Below, one piece after another: positions 1 to 10,308 of a stretch of DNA of 64,000 bases. Source of the stretch: Enterococcus phage nattely; the sequence record MT119360.1; one strand, written 5' to 3'. The notes below the pieces were generated by a model, which was not told the origin of the DNA, made no database searches, and saw nothing but the letters and a program-made list of their open reading frames with translations. The position numbers and the translations under genes are program-made. Every line of letters begins with the position of its first letter. The first letter of the stretch is position 1.

Positions 1-21
1 TATTTAATAGGAGGACACAAT

Positions 22-249
22 ATGTTAGAAAAAGCAAGAGAATTATTAAAATCTCTAAATGGATATATATATTATCCAGCTTTCGAAGAGCTAAAAGATT
101 TAGCTGATAAAGATAATAGAAAAACTTTTACACTTACCTGGACATTAGCTTATGATAACCCAGGTTGTGAAGTTTACACTATATCTTTAGCTTATATCGG
201 TGAAGATGGTAAAATAGAATTAGAAACGGCAGTTAGTTATTCAGTATAG
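22..249 (+). CDS. hypothetical protein
   Basis: ORF with AGGAGG-type RBS upstream; same orientation as the surrounding early operon. Confidence 0.5.
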   Translation: MLEKARELLKSLNGYIYYPAFEELKDLADKDNRKTFTLTWTLAYDNPGCEVYTISLAYIGEDGKIELETAVSYSV

Positions 250-261
250 GAGGGAATATAA

Positions 262-504
262 ATGGAACATGAAAAATTTTTAAAATTAGCAGCAGAAAAA
301 GTTGCAGAAATGATTGGTTGTAGTAAATATGAAGTGTTTTGCGTTTGGTCTTGTAAAACTCTAAAAAATAGTAAAGCTATTATGTCAGCAAAACCAAAAG
401 CTTCTCCACTTTTTGAAATTACAATGGATGGAACAAATGGAATCATTTATTTTGATTCTTACCGAAAAACTTCCCAACGAAAAATCTTCTTCAAACCAAA
501 ATAG
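262..504 (+). CDS. hypothetical protein
   Basis: ORF with GGAGG RBS. Confidence 0.5.
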   Translation: MEHEKFLKLAAEKVAEMIGCSKYEVFCVWSCKTLKNSKAIMSAKPKASPLFEITMDGTNGIIYFDSYRKTSQRKIFFKPK

Positions 505-516
505 GAGATAATTAAT

Positions 517-744
517 ATGAAATATAATGGAAAAGAACAATTTTACAGCAATAATATTTTTATATTATTAGTTGTTTTACTATTCATTTTCTTAGGTGTT
601 AACATTTATTTCGGCACCTTAATGATGCATTATCGTGATGAATATATGAATCAAAAGAATTATAACGATATGAGAGAAAGAGTTTGGAATGAAAAGAATC
701 ATAAAGAAAATGATATTGAAAATGTTCCAAAAAGTGTAGCTTAA
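517..744 (+). CDS. small membrane protein (one TM helix)
   Basis: hydrophobic stretch IFILLVVLLFIFLGVNIYF near N-terminus; RBS AGGAGA. Confidence 0.45.
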   Translation: MKYNGKEQFYSNNIFILLVVLLFIFLGVNIYFGTLMMHYRDEYMNQKNYNDMRERVWNEKNHKENDIENVPKSVA

Positions 745-772
745 AATAAATGGGTATTTTGTAAAAAAACTG

Positions 773-801
773 TTTACAAATGCCCATTTTTGGTATATAA
801 T
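773..801 (+). promoter_or_regulatory. sigma-A type promoter (TTTACA-17-TATAAT) overlapping the arm of an imperfect terminator hairpin
   Basis: TTTACA 773-778, 17 nt spacer, TATAAT 796-801; the -35 lies inside inverted repeat aaatgggtatttt...aaatgcccattt. Confidence 0.6.
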
Positions 802-837
802 AAATATATAAATAAATAAAAGAAAGTAGGAATTACA

Positions 838-1050
838 ATGAAAAAATTTGAAGATAATCCATTTAACTTTATCGAAGATGGAATTTTTATTGAGCCAATT
901 AAAAATCCATTTTCATGTGAAGCAGCATATGAAGAAGCTTGTTCTCACGTATTAGGTATTATTAAAGTAAATGAAGAAGTTGGTAATGATGTAACAGTTG
1001 AAAAACAAATGATGTCATGGTTAGACAAATTATCATATGAATATATTTAA
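838..1050 (+). CDS. hypothetical protein
   Basis: ORF after promoter; RBS AAGTAGGAA. Confidence 0.5.
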   Translation: MKKFEDNPFNFIEDGIFIEPIKNPFSCEAAYEEACSHVLGIIKVNEEVGNDVTVEKQMMSWLDKLSYEYI

Positions 1051-1064
1051 AGGAGGAAATTATA

Positions 1065-1439
1065 ATGGAATTTTTTGGTGGAGAAGAAGTAACACAAGAA
1101 CAACTTGAAGTATTTTTTAATAAACACAATATTGGAGAACCGGGTGACAAGGCAATTTACTGGAGAGCAAAAGGGCAAATTAAAGATTTTGATGAGCGAA
1201 TTGCAGAATATTTACTTCAAATTAATTTTTTAGAAAAAGAATATAGTGAAATGAAAAAACGAAAAATTGAACAAGAAAATGATGATAAAATTTCTAAAAT
1301 GGATTGTGAAGAAGAATGTAAACGTTTAAATAAACTAATTTATGCTTATAAAAAATTAGTTTATGTTACTTCTATGCTTAAAGATACTTATAAAAAAGAT
1401 TTAGACATTAGTTTACATTTAGACGATATATTGATATAA
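1065..1439 (+). CDS. hypothetical protein
   Basis: ORF with AGGAGG RBS. Confidence 0.5.
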   Translation: MEFFGGEEVTQEQLEVFFNKHNIGEPGDKAIYWRAKGQIKDFDERIAEYLLQINFLEKEYSEMKKRKIEQENDDKISKMDCEEECKRLNKLIYAYKKLVYVTSMLKDTYKKDLDISLHLDDILI

Positions 1440-1472
1440 TATAATTATAAAATTTTATAAGGAGTTGAGTAA

Positions 1473-1976
1473 ATGGCAAGATTGGTCAAATGTTATGGTG
1501 AAGCATGTGAAAGCATTGGAAAAAAATGGGAAAAAGACATGTTAGTAAAATATAAAAATAAAAATTATTGTCCACAATGTGCAGAAATTGAAAAGAAAAA
1601 TGATGATGACCGTCAGTTATTATATAATTTAATTTCTGAGTTGTATAAAATTCCATTTCCAAATGGGTTAATGCTTCGTCAAATTAAACAATTTAAAGAA
1701 CAACGAAAATATTCATATGAAAATATTCGTAAAGCATTATTATATGCAAATTATGTTCAACATGTAAATTTTAGTCCAAAATATGGGTTGGGAATAGTTC
1801 CATATGTAATTGACGAAGCAATTCGTTATCATGATGATCAAGTGAAAAAAGCCAAAGAAATGGAAGGCAAACAAGTGGTCACAACGAAGACAACGGTTCG
1901 TAAAAATTTTAACTCTTATGATAGAGATGAAAAAATGAAAAAGAAAATGATTGATTTGGAGGATATTGAATTATGA
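1473..1976 (+). CDS. zinc-ribbon protein, possible replication initiation or helicase-loading factor
   Basis: CxxC...CxxC pairs (CYGEAC, CPQC); stop overlaps the helicase start (ATGA), suggesting translational coupling. Confidence 0.35.
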   Translation: MARLVKCYGEACESIGKKWEKDMLVKYKNKNYCPQCAEIEKKNDDDRQLLYNLISELYKIPFPNGLMLRQIKQFKEQRKYSYENIRKALLYANYVQHVNFSPKYGLGIVPYVIDEAIRYHDDQVKKAKEMEGKQVVTTKTTVRKNFNSYDRDEKMKKKMIDLEDIEL

Positions 1977-3553
1977 GCACCATGGAGTTAACATTAAATC
2001 CGACAAGAGCGATTTATAATTTTTTTGGCTCTGTAATGAAATCACCGGAAATTTTGAAAGCACCTGAAATTATTTTAGGTGACCGTGATTTTGTTCAATC
2101 ATTTCATAAAATTGTTTATGCAGCATTGAATAACATTATTTTTAGTAATAGAGATAATATTAGTGATATTAGTCCAATTGATGTGGATAATTATCTTGCT
2201 AAGTATCCAAACTATTATCGAGTTTGGGAAGAAAATAATGGTGTTGAATATTTAAATAATGCAAAACAAGTTTCAAACACTCAAATTGCGACAAAAGACT
2301 ATGAAACAATTAAAAAATTTAGTTTATTAAGAAACTATGTTGAAAATGGTATTGATGTTTCAGATATTTATGAATATGATAGCAATGATTTAGGAGCATT
2401 AACAGAGAGTAATAAAGTATTAGAAAATACAAGTATCAACGAAATTATTGAACATTTCACACAAAAAGCAATTGAGATTCGAAATGAGTGGAATGTTGAT
2501 GATGGGAAAGTTAAAGATTTTAAAGCTGGTGATGACTTAGATGGACTTTTGGATCGTTTAGTTGAGAACCCAGATTTAGGTTTTCCATTTCAGAACTTAA
2601 TGTATAATACACTTTTTCGTGGAATGCGCAAAGAGAAATTTATGTTGAGATCGGGTGCAACGGGTACTGGTAAAACTAGACAAGCAATAAGAGATATGGT
2701 ATCAATTGCTTGTGATAAAATTTGGGTCACAGGATTAGGTTGGAAAAGTTTGGGTCCTTCATTTCCAGCATTGTTTATATCAACCGAAATTGAACAAGAA
2801 GAATTACAAACAATTATGTTAGCATATTTAACTGGAATTCCAGACTCTGATATTAAAAATGGTAACTATGATACGGCAACACGTAAGAGATTAGAAGAGG
2901 CAATTGAGATTTTGAAGAAAGCGCCTTTATTCATGACTTACATTGAGGACTTCTCAATCAGTGATATTGAAATGAAAATTGAAGAGTATATTGTCAAAGA
3001 AAACGTACAATATGTTGCATTTGACTATGTTCAAATGACGCCAAAATTGAGTAAAACAATGAATGATAATTTTGGAACAACTTTGCGTGAAGATCAAATT
3101 TTAGTTCATTTTTCGTCAGCATTAAAAGGTATTGCTGGTCGTTATGGAATTTTTCTTGAAAGTAGTACACAATTAAATAGAGGTAGTAAAGAAATCGAAA
3201 ATCGTGATGCATCTTCACTTCGTGGAGGTTTAGCGACAGCTGATAAGGTCGATTATGGTATTTTAACATTTAAAGTTTCTCAGAAAGAAAAAGATGGATT
3301 AAAACATATTTTGCAGCAAGGTTTTGGTGGAGATATTCAAAAAACACCGGATTTTTCACATTGGGTTTATAAAAATCGTGCTGGTTTAGACCATGTTGTA
3401 ATTTGGACAAAAATGAATTTGGGAACAATGCGTGAAGAAGTATTATTTGTAACTGATTATGATTTTAATTTAATTGAGATAAATGGAACTGAAATTGAAT
3501 TTGAAAGTGTTGATACAATGCCAGAAGAAATTGAAAATGTTCCAGTATTTTAG
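1973..3553 (+). CDS. DnaB-like replicative DNA helicase
   Basis: Walker A RSGATGTGKT in the C-terminal RecA-like domain after an N-terminal helical domain; 526 aa. Confidence 0.75.
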   Translation: MSTMELTLNPTRAIYNFFGSVMKSPEILKAPEIILGDRDFVQSFHKIVYAALNNIIFSNRDNISDISPIDVDNYLAKYPNYYRVWEENNGVEYLNNAKQVSNTQIATKDYETIKKFSLLRNYVENGIDVSDIYEYDSNDLGALTESNKVLENTSINEIIEHFTQKAIEIRNEWNVDDGKVKDFKAGDDLDGLLDRLVENPDLGFPFQNLMYNTLFRGMRKEKFMLRSGATGTGKTRQAIRDMVSIACDKIWVTGLGWKSLGPSFPALFISTEIEQEELQTIMLAYLTGIPDSDIKNGNYDTATRKRLEEAIEILKKAPLFMTYIEDFSISDIEMKIEEYIVKENVQYVAFDYVQMTPKLSKTMNDNFGTTLREDQILVHFSSALKGIAGRYGIFLESSTQLNRGSKEIENRDASSLRGGLATADKVDYGILTFKVSQKEKDGLKHILQQGFGGDIQKTPDFSHWVYKNRAGLDHVVIWTKMNLGTMREEVLFVTDYDFNLIEINGTEIEFESVDTMPEEIENVPVF

Positions 3554-3564
3554 AGGTGAAATAA

Positions 3565-4614
3565 GTGGACGCTAAAAAAGTTGTAGAAATGTTAAATGAT
3601 CGAGACATATTTGATCTTCTTGAGGAATTGGGTGGACAACCAATCGAAAGAGGAAATACAATTGATGCGTTGACAATTTGCCATGGTGGACATAAACATA
3701 AATTGACTTATTATAAAGAAAGTAAATCATTTCAATGTTGGACAAATTGCGGCCATATGTCAATTTTTGATATGGTCGCAAAAGTTATTGATGGTGAATT
3801 TATAGATGCTTTAAGATTTATAGTAAAAAAATATAATTTACATGATAATGATTATCAAATTGGTTTTACATTTGAAAAAGTAGAAGATCCTGGTAAAAAA
3901 TTATTAGAAAAAATGAAAGGAGTAGAAATGCCAACTTTCATGAAATTAAATTCTGATATTTTAAAAGATTTTTATCCATTTTATCACCAACTTTGGATAA
4001 ATGATGGAATTTCTATAGAATCAATGAAAAAATATAAAATTAAATATTCCATTGAGAATAATCAAATAATCATTCCACACTTTGATAAAAATGGAAATTT
4101 AATTGGAGTTCGAGCACGTAATTTGAATAAAAAAGAAATTGATGAAGGTAAAAAATATATGCCGATATTCCACGACGGAAAAGTTCTAAAACATATGACT
4201 GGAGCTAATTTGTATGGTCTTTATGAAAACAGAGAAAATATTGAAAAAGATAAAAAATTAATATTATTCGAATCAGAAAAAAGCGTTTTGCAATTAAATA
4301 GTATGTTGCCTGAGCATTCAATAGGTGTGTGTGTTTCTGGATCGTCATTAACACAATATCAACTTGAATTAATTAAGGAACTTAATATAGATGAAGTAAT
4401 TATTGGTGTTGATAAAGAATTCAGTGAAGTTGGAACTGAAAAAGAGAAATTGTATGCTGAAAAAATATTAAGAGTTTTTAAGAGAAAATTAGCACCATAT
4501 GTAAGAGTGTCAGTTTTATGGGATTTGGAAAACGACATTGAGGAAAAAGATAGTCCAACGGATAAAGGAAAAGAAATATTTTTAAAATTATTTAAAAATA
4601 GAATATATATTTAG
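3565..4614 (+). CDS. DNA primase (zinc-binding plus TOPRIM-like)
   Basis: GTG start with GAGGTG RBS; CHGGH...CWTNCGH zinc motif; acidic TOPRIM-like ESEKS / DxD region; directly downstream of the helicase. Confidence 0.6.
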   Translation: MDAKKVVEMLNDRDIFDLLEELGGQPIERGNTIDALTICHGGHKHKLTYYKESKSFQCWTNCGHMSIFDMVAKVIDGEFIDALRFIVKKYNLHDNDYQIGFTFEKVEDPGKKLLEKMKGVEMPTFMKLNSDILKDFYPFYHQLWINDGISIESMKKYKIKYSIENNQIIIPHFDKNGNLIGVRARNLNKKEIDEGKKYMPIFHDGKVLKHMTGANLYGLYENRENIEKDKKLILFESEKSVLQLNSMLPEHSIGVCVSGSSLTQYQLELIKELNIDEVIIGVDKEFSEVGTEKEKLYAEKILRVFKRKLAPYVRVSVLWDLENDIEEKDSPTDKGKEIFLKLFKNRIYI

Positions 4615-4624
4615 GAGAGATTTG

Positions 4625-6451
4625 ATGGAATTCACAGAGAAAAATTTGTTTAACCCAGGAAAAAATTCGTTTGTTAAGGATGTATTAGAACAAAATGGAG
4701 TTAATCCAGAAATGTTTTTAAATGGAAAAAATTATGAAGATGAAATCGTAAGTCGTCCAAATTTGTATTTTAACATGTTTAAAGCTGTAAATTTAGTTAA
4801 TAAACATGTGGCAACTAATTCTTCAATTGGAATTTTAGTTGATGATGATGCTGATGGAATGACTTCAGCTTCTGCCATGGCGCGCGTGTTATTTAAGATG
4901 GGTCACCATGGAGCTAAATTCATTTTACACGATGAGAAAGGACATGGACTCCATGGAGAAGTTGAAAAAATCATTGAACAGAAAATTGATTTTTTAATTG
5001 TGCCAGACGCGGGCTCAAATGATTTTGAAGATCAAAAATCTGTGTTAGAAGCTGGGATCGACTTATTAATTCTTGATCACCATGATATGGATAATGAAAG
5101 ACCAATTTTAGAATTGGAAGCATTATATGATGGTTATGTATTAGTAAATAATCAATTATCTTATAATATCAAAGGTGTTAATAAAAATTTAGTTGGTGCA
5201 GGAATGGTGTATAAATTTGCACAAGCCGCTGATGAAGAATTTGAAACAGATAAATTTTCGAAAGATATTGTTGATTTAGTTGCGGTTGGACAAATTGGAG
5301 ATTCTAGTGACGTGTCCGATCTTGAAGTTCAATTAATTGTGCGAGAAGGATTGGATAATTTAAAAAATCCACTATTAGTTGAAGCTTTAAAAAATCGTAT
5401 TGTAAAAGGTCAAAAAATTGCTCCAATTAATATGTCGTTTGACATTATTCCATATATTAATGCAGTTACGCGTGTTGGTAAAAAAGAAGAGAAAATTGAA
5501 TTAATAAAAGGATTAATTGGTTTTTGGCCAGCGGATGAAACTGTAATTATTCAAAAGAGAAGAAAAAATAAATTAACGAAAAAATTCGAAATTCGTGAAG
5601 AACCATGGACTCACTATGGAATCTTAATGGATAATTTAACAAAAATAAAAGCTCGTCAAAACAAAGAAATTGACAAAGTTCTCAAAAAAATTGAGGATCC
5701 TTATAATGAAAACATTGTAATAGCGGCCCTCAATGAAGATGAGATTGAATATCGGTCCATTACCGGTCTCATTGCTAACAAATTGGTTTCTCAATATAAT
5801 AAACCGGCTCTTGTATTAATTTCTGAAAATAATGGAACGAAATTTAGTGGTTCAGCTCGTGGACATGAAAAAACTGTTTCTTCATTTAGGCAATGGTGTT
5901 TAAACACAGAATTATTTGAATTAGCACAAGGTCACGACAATGCATTTGGTGTTATTATTGATGATTTAAAATTAGAAAAATTAATGGAGAATAGTGCTTT
6001 AGAAACTGTAGTAAATGAAGTGACATACGAAGTTAATAAAATCTATGAAAATGAAACAAACATTGAGGAAATTAAAATGATCAATGATAACGCATGGATT
6101 TTTGGTGGCTCCATGGCGGCACCCAAATTCGGATATAAAAACTTAGTGATTGGACGTAATTGTGTATCACAAAGAGGTTCTGTTGTAACATTCTTCGACC
6201 ATGGTCTAGAATTTATTATGTATAAACAACCAGCTGGTTTAGTTGATTCATTTTTAGAAAAAATGGGATTTGAACAAAAATTAGTTGTGAACCTTGTCGG
6301 ACACGCAAGTAGAAATGAATGGAATGGTAGAGTAAAAGAACAAGTTGTTTTAGATGATTTTGAAATGATGACATTAGCAGAAAGTGGAATTGAAGATAAG
6401 GCACCAACTTTCGATCCTAACTTTGATGACGATGGAAATTTAGTTTTTTAA
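4625..6451 (+). CDS. DHH-family phosphoesterase, RecJ-like ssDNA exonuclease
   Basis: DHH motifs DDDADGMTSA, LDHHD, GHDNAFG; ATG at 4625 preferred over the TTG at 4622. Confidence 0.65.
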   Translation: MEFTEKNLFNPGKNSFVKDVLEQNGVNPEMFLNGKNYEDEIVSRPNLYFNMFKAVNLVNKHVATNSSIGILVDDDADGMTSASAMARVLFKMGHHGAKFILHDEKGHGLHGEVEKIIEQKIDFLIVPDAGSNDFEDQKSVLEAGIDLLILDHHDMDNERPILELEALYDGYVLVNNQLSYNIKGVNKNLVGAGMVYKFAQAADEEFETDKFSKDIVDLVAVGQIGDSSDVSDLEVQLIVREGLDNLKNPLLVEALKNRIVKGQKIAPINMSFDIIPYINAVTRVGKKEEKIELIKGLIGFWPADETVIIQKRRKNKLTKKFEIREEPWTHYGILMDNLTKIKARQNKEIDKVLKKIEDPYNENIVIAALNEDEIEYRSITGLIANKLVSQYNKPALVLISENNGTKFSGSARGHEKTVSSFRQWCLNTELFELAQGHDNAFGVIIDDLKLEKLMENSALETVVNEVTYEVNKIYENETNIEEIKMINDNAWIFGGSMAAPKFGYKNLVIGRNCVSQRGSVVTFFDHGLEFIMYKQPAGLVDSFLEKMGFEQKLVVNLVGHASRNEWNGRVKEQVVLDDFEMMTLAESGIEDKAPTFDPNFDDDGNLVF

Positions 6452-6467
6452 TAAAAATGTGGAGAAT

Positions 6468-6520
6468 GTTGTTTACATTCTCCTTTTTTATGATATAATA
6501 TAAATATAAATAAAAAAAAA
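6468..6520 (+). promoter_or_regulatory. terminator hairpin fused to sigma-A promoter
   Basis: hairpin ggagaatgttgtttacattctcc plus T-run; TTTACA inside the hairpin; TATAAT downstream. Confidence 0.55.
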
Positions 6521-6546
6521 AAGAAAAAAGAAAGTAGGAATTTATT

Positions 6547-7155
6547 ATGGCAAAAGTAAAATATTCAAAATATGATGTATATTCATTCTTAGATGACAAA
6601 CAGGTTGAAATCACTGATAAAAAATTGAAACCAATTCAAGATGATATTAAAAAATTAAAAGAAAATTATTTAGTAGAAAAATTTCCAAAAGAACAAATTG
6701 AAAAAATTAAAGTAGCACTAATTAATTATGTAGAAGCAACGCGTGACGTTCAATTTGATTATTCAACATATGCATCAAAAGTATATGATTCGTCTTCAGT
6801 TCTTGTAAATTTATTCAATACAGCTAAAGGCAGCAACCGCGCATTAGAAGATCAAATTATGCTTGATATTACAAGCACAGTTGATTGGTCCGATTGTCCA
6901 GATTTAGAACAATTAAAAAGTGTTGAGCGAACGACTCGGAGCGAAATTCGTGAAGAATTTCAAAAATTAGAAGCGATGGTAAAAAGATGTAAAGATGGAG
7001 CACAAGCAGTTTTACAATTACAAAAATTAGGATTCGATACTTCATCAATTAAATCAACATCGGGCGACACGTCAGTATTGGTATTAAATTTAAATAATGA
7101 TTTACTAGGTTTGCCTGAAGAAAATTCTGAAGTCGTAGAAAATTCTCAATTTTAA
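6547..7155 (+). CDS. hypothetical protein
   Basis: ORF with RBS AAGTAGGAA. Confidence 0.5.
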   Translation: MAKVKYSKYDVYSFLDDKQVEITDKKLKPIQDDIKKLKENYLVEKFPKEQIEKIKVALINYVEATRDVQFDYSTYASKVYDSSSVLVNLFNTAKGSNRALEDQIMLDITSTVDWSDCPDLEQLKSVERTTRSEIREEFQKLEAMVKRCKDGAQAVLQLQKLGFDTSSIKSTSGDTSVLVLNLNNDLLGLPEENSEVVENSQF

Positions 7156-7168
7156 TGGAGGTTCTACA

Positions 7169-7555
7169 ATGATTGAAAATAATAAAATTGAAGATAGTAA
7201 AGTTGAGAAAATAGTAGATTTAATTGAATCATTATTAATTGTTAGTGAAATTAATGAAGAAACAGAAGTGTGGATTGAAACACTAACTCCTTCGCATGGA
7301 CAATGTCACTTACCGGTTACTGGTCTTTCCATGGACGGTGAAAATGATCTCTTCTTACTGTTGGATATTGATAAAGACCATGGAGTGAAAGTTCCACAAC
7401 TGCTTAAACATTTACAAAAATATATTGATGAGAATGAAGTAGAAGAATTATGGTATTGGAGTGGAATTAACGAACCTTTTACAGTTGATTCATATTATAT
7501 TATGGAAGATAACACTTTAGTTTTTAGTGATTATAATGGTGAACGTGATGAATAG
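7169..7555 (+). CDS. acidic hypothetical protein
   Basis: ORF with GGAGG RBS. Confidence 0.5.
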   Translation: MIENNKIEDSKVEKIVDLIESLLIVSEINEETEVWIETLTPSHGQCHLPVTGLSMDGENDLFLLLDIDKDHGVKVPQLLKHLQKYIDENEVEELWYWSGINEPFTVDSYYIMEDNTLVFSDYNGERDE

Positions 7556-8018
7556 AAGAATTGAAGGTCCATTAAAACATATTATTGATGATAAAAATAG
7601 GTATCTTGCACGAGATGTAAATTTTGTTCCAAAATTAAAAGATGAATTAATTAAGACATTTAGGCTGCTTTGTGATGGTGATGATAATGTTAGATTAGTT
7701 TATGATACTCATTTTAAACAATCATATATTTTTCATGCTCGAAAAGATGGAAATTTAATTTTTCCAATATTAGGTTTTTCTTTACAACAAAATGAAGATG
7801 AAATATGTGAAACCATTTTCGACCCATATAAAATGAGATATAACTATAACGTGTATATTATTGTTCATATTTTTGGTGAAGAAATATATCAATTGTCTAT
7901 TGACCAAATATCAGTTTTTCATGATGAAAAAGGTGAAGAAATACCTATAGAGATTAAATTTTTAAATGGTAACACAAGAGAATTTAGTCGTTACAACAAA
8001 CTATTAGATTTATTTTAA
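7548..8018 (+). CDS. hypothetical protein
   Basis: ORF; internal ATG at 7548 preferred over the track start 7527. Confidence 0.4.
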   Translation: MNRRIEGPLKHIIDDKNRYLARDVNFVPKLKDELIKTFRLLCDGDDNVRLVYDTHFKQSYIFHARKDGNLIFPILGFSLQQNEDEICETIFDPYKMRYNYNVYIIVHIFGEEIYQLSIDQISVFHDEKGEEIPIEIKFLNGNTREFSRYNKLLDLF

Positions 8019-8021
8019 AAA

Positions 8022-8080
8022 ATGAGACTTTGTAAAAAAACTATTTACAAAGTCTCATTTTTTATGTATAATAAATATAT
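8022..8080 (+). promoter_or_regulatory. terminator hairpin with embedded -35, then -10
   Basis: hairpin tgagactttgtaaaaaaactatttacaaagtctca plus T6; -35 TTTACA in the 3-prime arm; TATAAT in gtataataaatat. Confidence 0.6.
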
Positions 8081-8308
8081 AATAAATAAACGAATAGAGG
8101 TAAGAAAATGCTTAATGAACAATCACCTTTAACTGTAGAAGAAGAAGAAATTGAATTACAAATTCAATCAATAGAGATGATTATGGAAATTGAAGAAATA
8201 ATTGATAAAAATGGAAAAATTTATGGAAAAACTTTATAAAAACTGTTTACAAAACATAAAAGTTAATGTATAATAAATATATAATAAATAAACAAAAGAA
8301 AGTAGGAA

Positions 8309-8509
8309 ATGACAATGATGAAAAATTTAGAAAAATTCAGTTTAAACGCAGGAGATAAAGTATTAATTGATGGTGATGTATATTTAATCTTAGATAGAAA
8401 AATTACTCCATACAACATTGGAATGTATCAATTACAAGATCCAACTGATGAAAAACATAGATTTTGGCAAGCTGCTCAAATCACAGAACAAATTTCAACA
8501 AAATTATAA
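8309..8509 (+). CDS. hypothetical protein
   Basis: ORF after the promoter at about 8250 with RBS AAGTAGGAA. Confidence 0.5.
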   Translation: MTMMKNLEKFSLNAGDKVLIDGDVYLILDRKITPYNIGMYQLQDPTDEKHRFWQAAQITEQISTKL

Positions 8510-8681
8510 AAAAAAAGAAAGAGGTAAATAAAAATGAAAAAACAATACCAATCTAAAGAACAAGAAATTTTAAACCAAGCTAAAACAGTATCAAAATTAG
8601 AAAGCTTGAGTGCAAAAGAAAAAATTGCAGTATTAAAATTTTTAGAAAAGAAACATGTAAACATGGGAGGAAATTGGTAAC

Positions 8682-8882
8682 ATGAAAGAAAAATTAGAAT
8701 CAGGAATGGCAGTAATGGTTAATGTGGACGATGGTCAAACTTTAATCAAGGATAAAATTGGAATTATTACAGAAGTTTTTCCTCAAAAATATACAGCATT
8801 AACTGGTTTTCATTATGAAGTTTCACTTTTAAATTGTGGAACTGTTGTTAGATGTAATAAAAAAGAAATTAAGAAAATGTAG
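8682..8882 (+). CDS. hypothetical protein
   Basis: ORF with GGAGG RBS. Confidence 0.45.
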   Translation: MKEKLESGMAVMVNVDDGQTLIKDKIGIITEVFPQKYTALTGFHYEVSLLNCGTVVRCNKKEIKKM

Positions 8883-8953
8883 ACCGATAGGTTTACATTT
8901 TCACTATTTATTGATATAATATATTTATAAAATAAATTAAATTGGAGGTATTT

Positions 8954-9469
8954 ATGAATTTAGTTATTGAGGGTCCTAAAGCAAGTGGAAAAAGCACAAT
9001 TTCTCACCACTTTATTGAAAAATATTTAACGACATATGACCATATGAGCTCCGATAGCGATAACTCATTAAAAGGACATTTAAATTTATTAAAAGGCAAA
9101 AAAGGTGAATCATTAAATCATGTAATAGATCGTTTTTCAGTTGGGGAAATGATTTATCCTAATTTATATGGCCGTGAAGGAAAATTAAATTTAGATGAGT
9201 TTAATGTCACAATGAGTTCAGAAAACACATTATACGTTATTCTTTATTCTTCGTCTGATCAATTATTATTTGATCGAATTGAATGGAGAGGAAGAAACAC
9301 TGATGATGAAGATCATGATTTAGTGTCAAAATCAAATTTTGCATTTAAAATGATTGGTGAATCATTGAAATATCGTGAAAATGTATTATTATTTGATGTT
9401 GCAAAAGTAGGATTAAAAGAAATTATTAAAATAATTGAAGATAAATTGGAGGAGTTAAACAGATGTTAA
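8954..9469 (+). CDS. P-loop deoxynucleoside/deoxynucleotide kinase
   Basis: Walker A IEGPKASGKST; DRFSVGE resembles the dNK ERS/DR motif; ATG at 8954 with GGAGGT RBS. Confidence 0.5.
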   Translation: MNLVIEGPKASGKSTISHHFIEKYLTTYDHMSSDSDNSLKGHLNLLKGKKGESLNHVIDRFSVGEMIYPNLYGREGKLNLDEFNVTMSSENTLYVILYSSSDQLLFDRIEWRGRNTDDEDHDLVSKSNFAFKMIGESLKYRENVLLFDVAKVGLKEIIKIIEDKLEELNRC

Positions 9470-10308
9470 AATTTAAAAATGTAAATGATGCATGGATTCA
9501 TTTGGCAAAAAATGTCGTTTATAAAGGTGATGTTGTTGGAAATACAAAAGAATTAACAAATGTATCATTCCAAATTGAAAATCCATTAGATAACATTGTA
9601 AAAAGCCGTCACAATTTTTCATTAACATATTATTTAGGTGAAACTGTATGGTATGGTGCTGGTAAAGACGATGTTGAATTTATTAGTAAATTTGGCCGTA
9701 TTTGGAATCATTTAACAGATAATGGAATTTATAACAATAGTGCTTATGGTTATATCTTAAAAAATAAGCATGGTTTTGACCAAATCGAAAAAGCAATTGA
9801 ATTATTACGTGGAGATCAATATAGCCGACGAGCAGTGTTAAATATTAATATTCCACGGCGTGATGTTATTGAAACAAAAGATGAAATGTGCACAATTGCA
9901 TTACAGTTTTTAATTCGCGATGGAAAATTAAATATGACTGGAATTATGCGTTCAAATGATTTATGGACTGGTACTCCATATGATATTTTTTATTTCACAA
10001 CATTACAACGATATGTTGCATATAAATTAAATATTGATATGGGAACATATACGCATTTTGCAACTTCTTTACATTGTTATTTACGTGATGAAGAAAAATT
10101 AATTAAATCTTTTGAAAATGATGCAAATAATATTTATGCTGGTATCGATATTAATGGAATGCGTTTATTATTACAAGCTGAAGAATTATATTATACAACA
10201 CGTAAAGAAGAAAATGCAAAATTAGAATTAGTTAAATTATGTAAAGAACGTAATATTATTAAAGGAAAAGAAGTTGAAAAAACTATTGAAAAACTATCTG
10301 CTATTTAG
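9463..10308 (+). CDS. thymidylate-synthase-fold pyrimidine hydroxymethylase, best match to T4 gp42 dCMP hydroxymethylase
   Basis: SRRAVLNI / EMCTIALQFLIRDGKLN / MRSND block aligns to T4 gp42 DSRRGIMIY / FMCTNTVQYLIRDKKIN / MRSND; Asp in TPYDIF aligns with gp42 Asp179, where ThyA has Asn177. Confidence 0.7.
   Translation: MLKFKNVNDAWIHLAKNVVYKGDVVGNTKELTNVSFQIENPLDNIVKSRHNFSLTYYLGETVWYGAGKDDVEFISKFGRIWNHLTDNGIYNNSAYGYILKNKHGFDQIEKAIELLRGDQYSRRAVLNINIPRRDVIETKDEMCTIALQFLIRDGKLNMTGIMRSNDLWTGTPYDIFYFTTLQRYVAYKLNIDMGTYTHFATSLHCYLRDEEKLIKSFENDANNIYAGIDINGMRLLLQAEELYYTTRKEENAKLELVKLCKERNIIKGKEVEKTIEKLSAI

Noticed and set aside
2994-3269. Antisense or shadow ORFs inside long genes (2994-3269, 3572-3781, 6216-6407, 16159-16377, 18932-19135, 43682-44044, 45204-45488, 47974-48603, 48889-49737, 56842-57304, 58235-58765 and similar)
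   Set aside because: They lie opposite or out of frame to well-supported long CDS, lack RBS, and have low-complexity composition. They are typical spurious ORFs in AT-rich DNA.
9463-10308. Calling this gene thymidylate synthase (thyA)
   Set aside because: The catalytic Cys context is MCT (as in T4 gp42), not PCH, and the specificity position is Asp, not Asn. dCMP hydroxymethylase fits better, and the neighbouring BGT homolog supports it.
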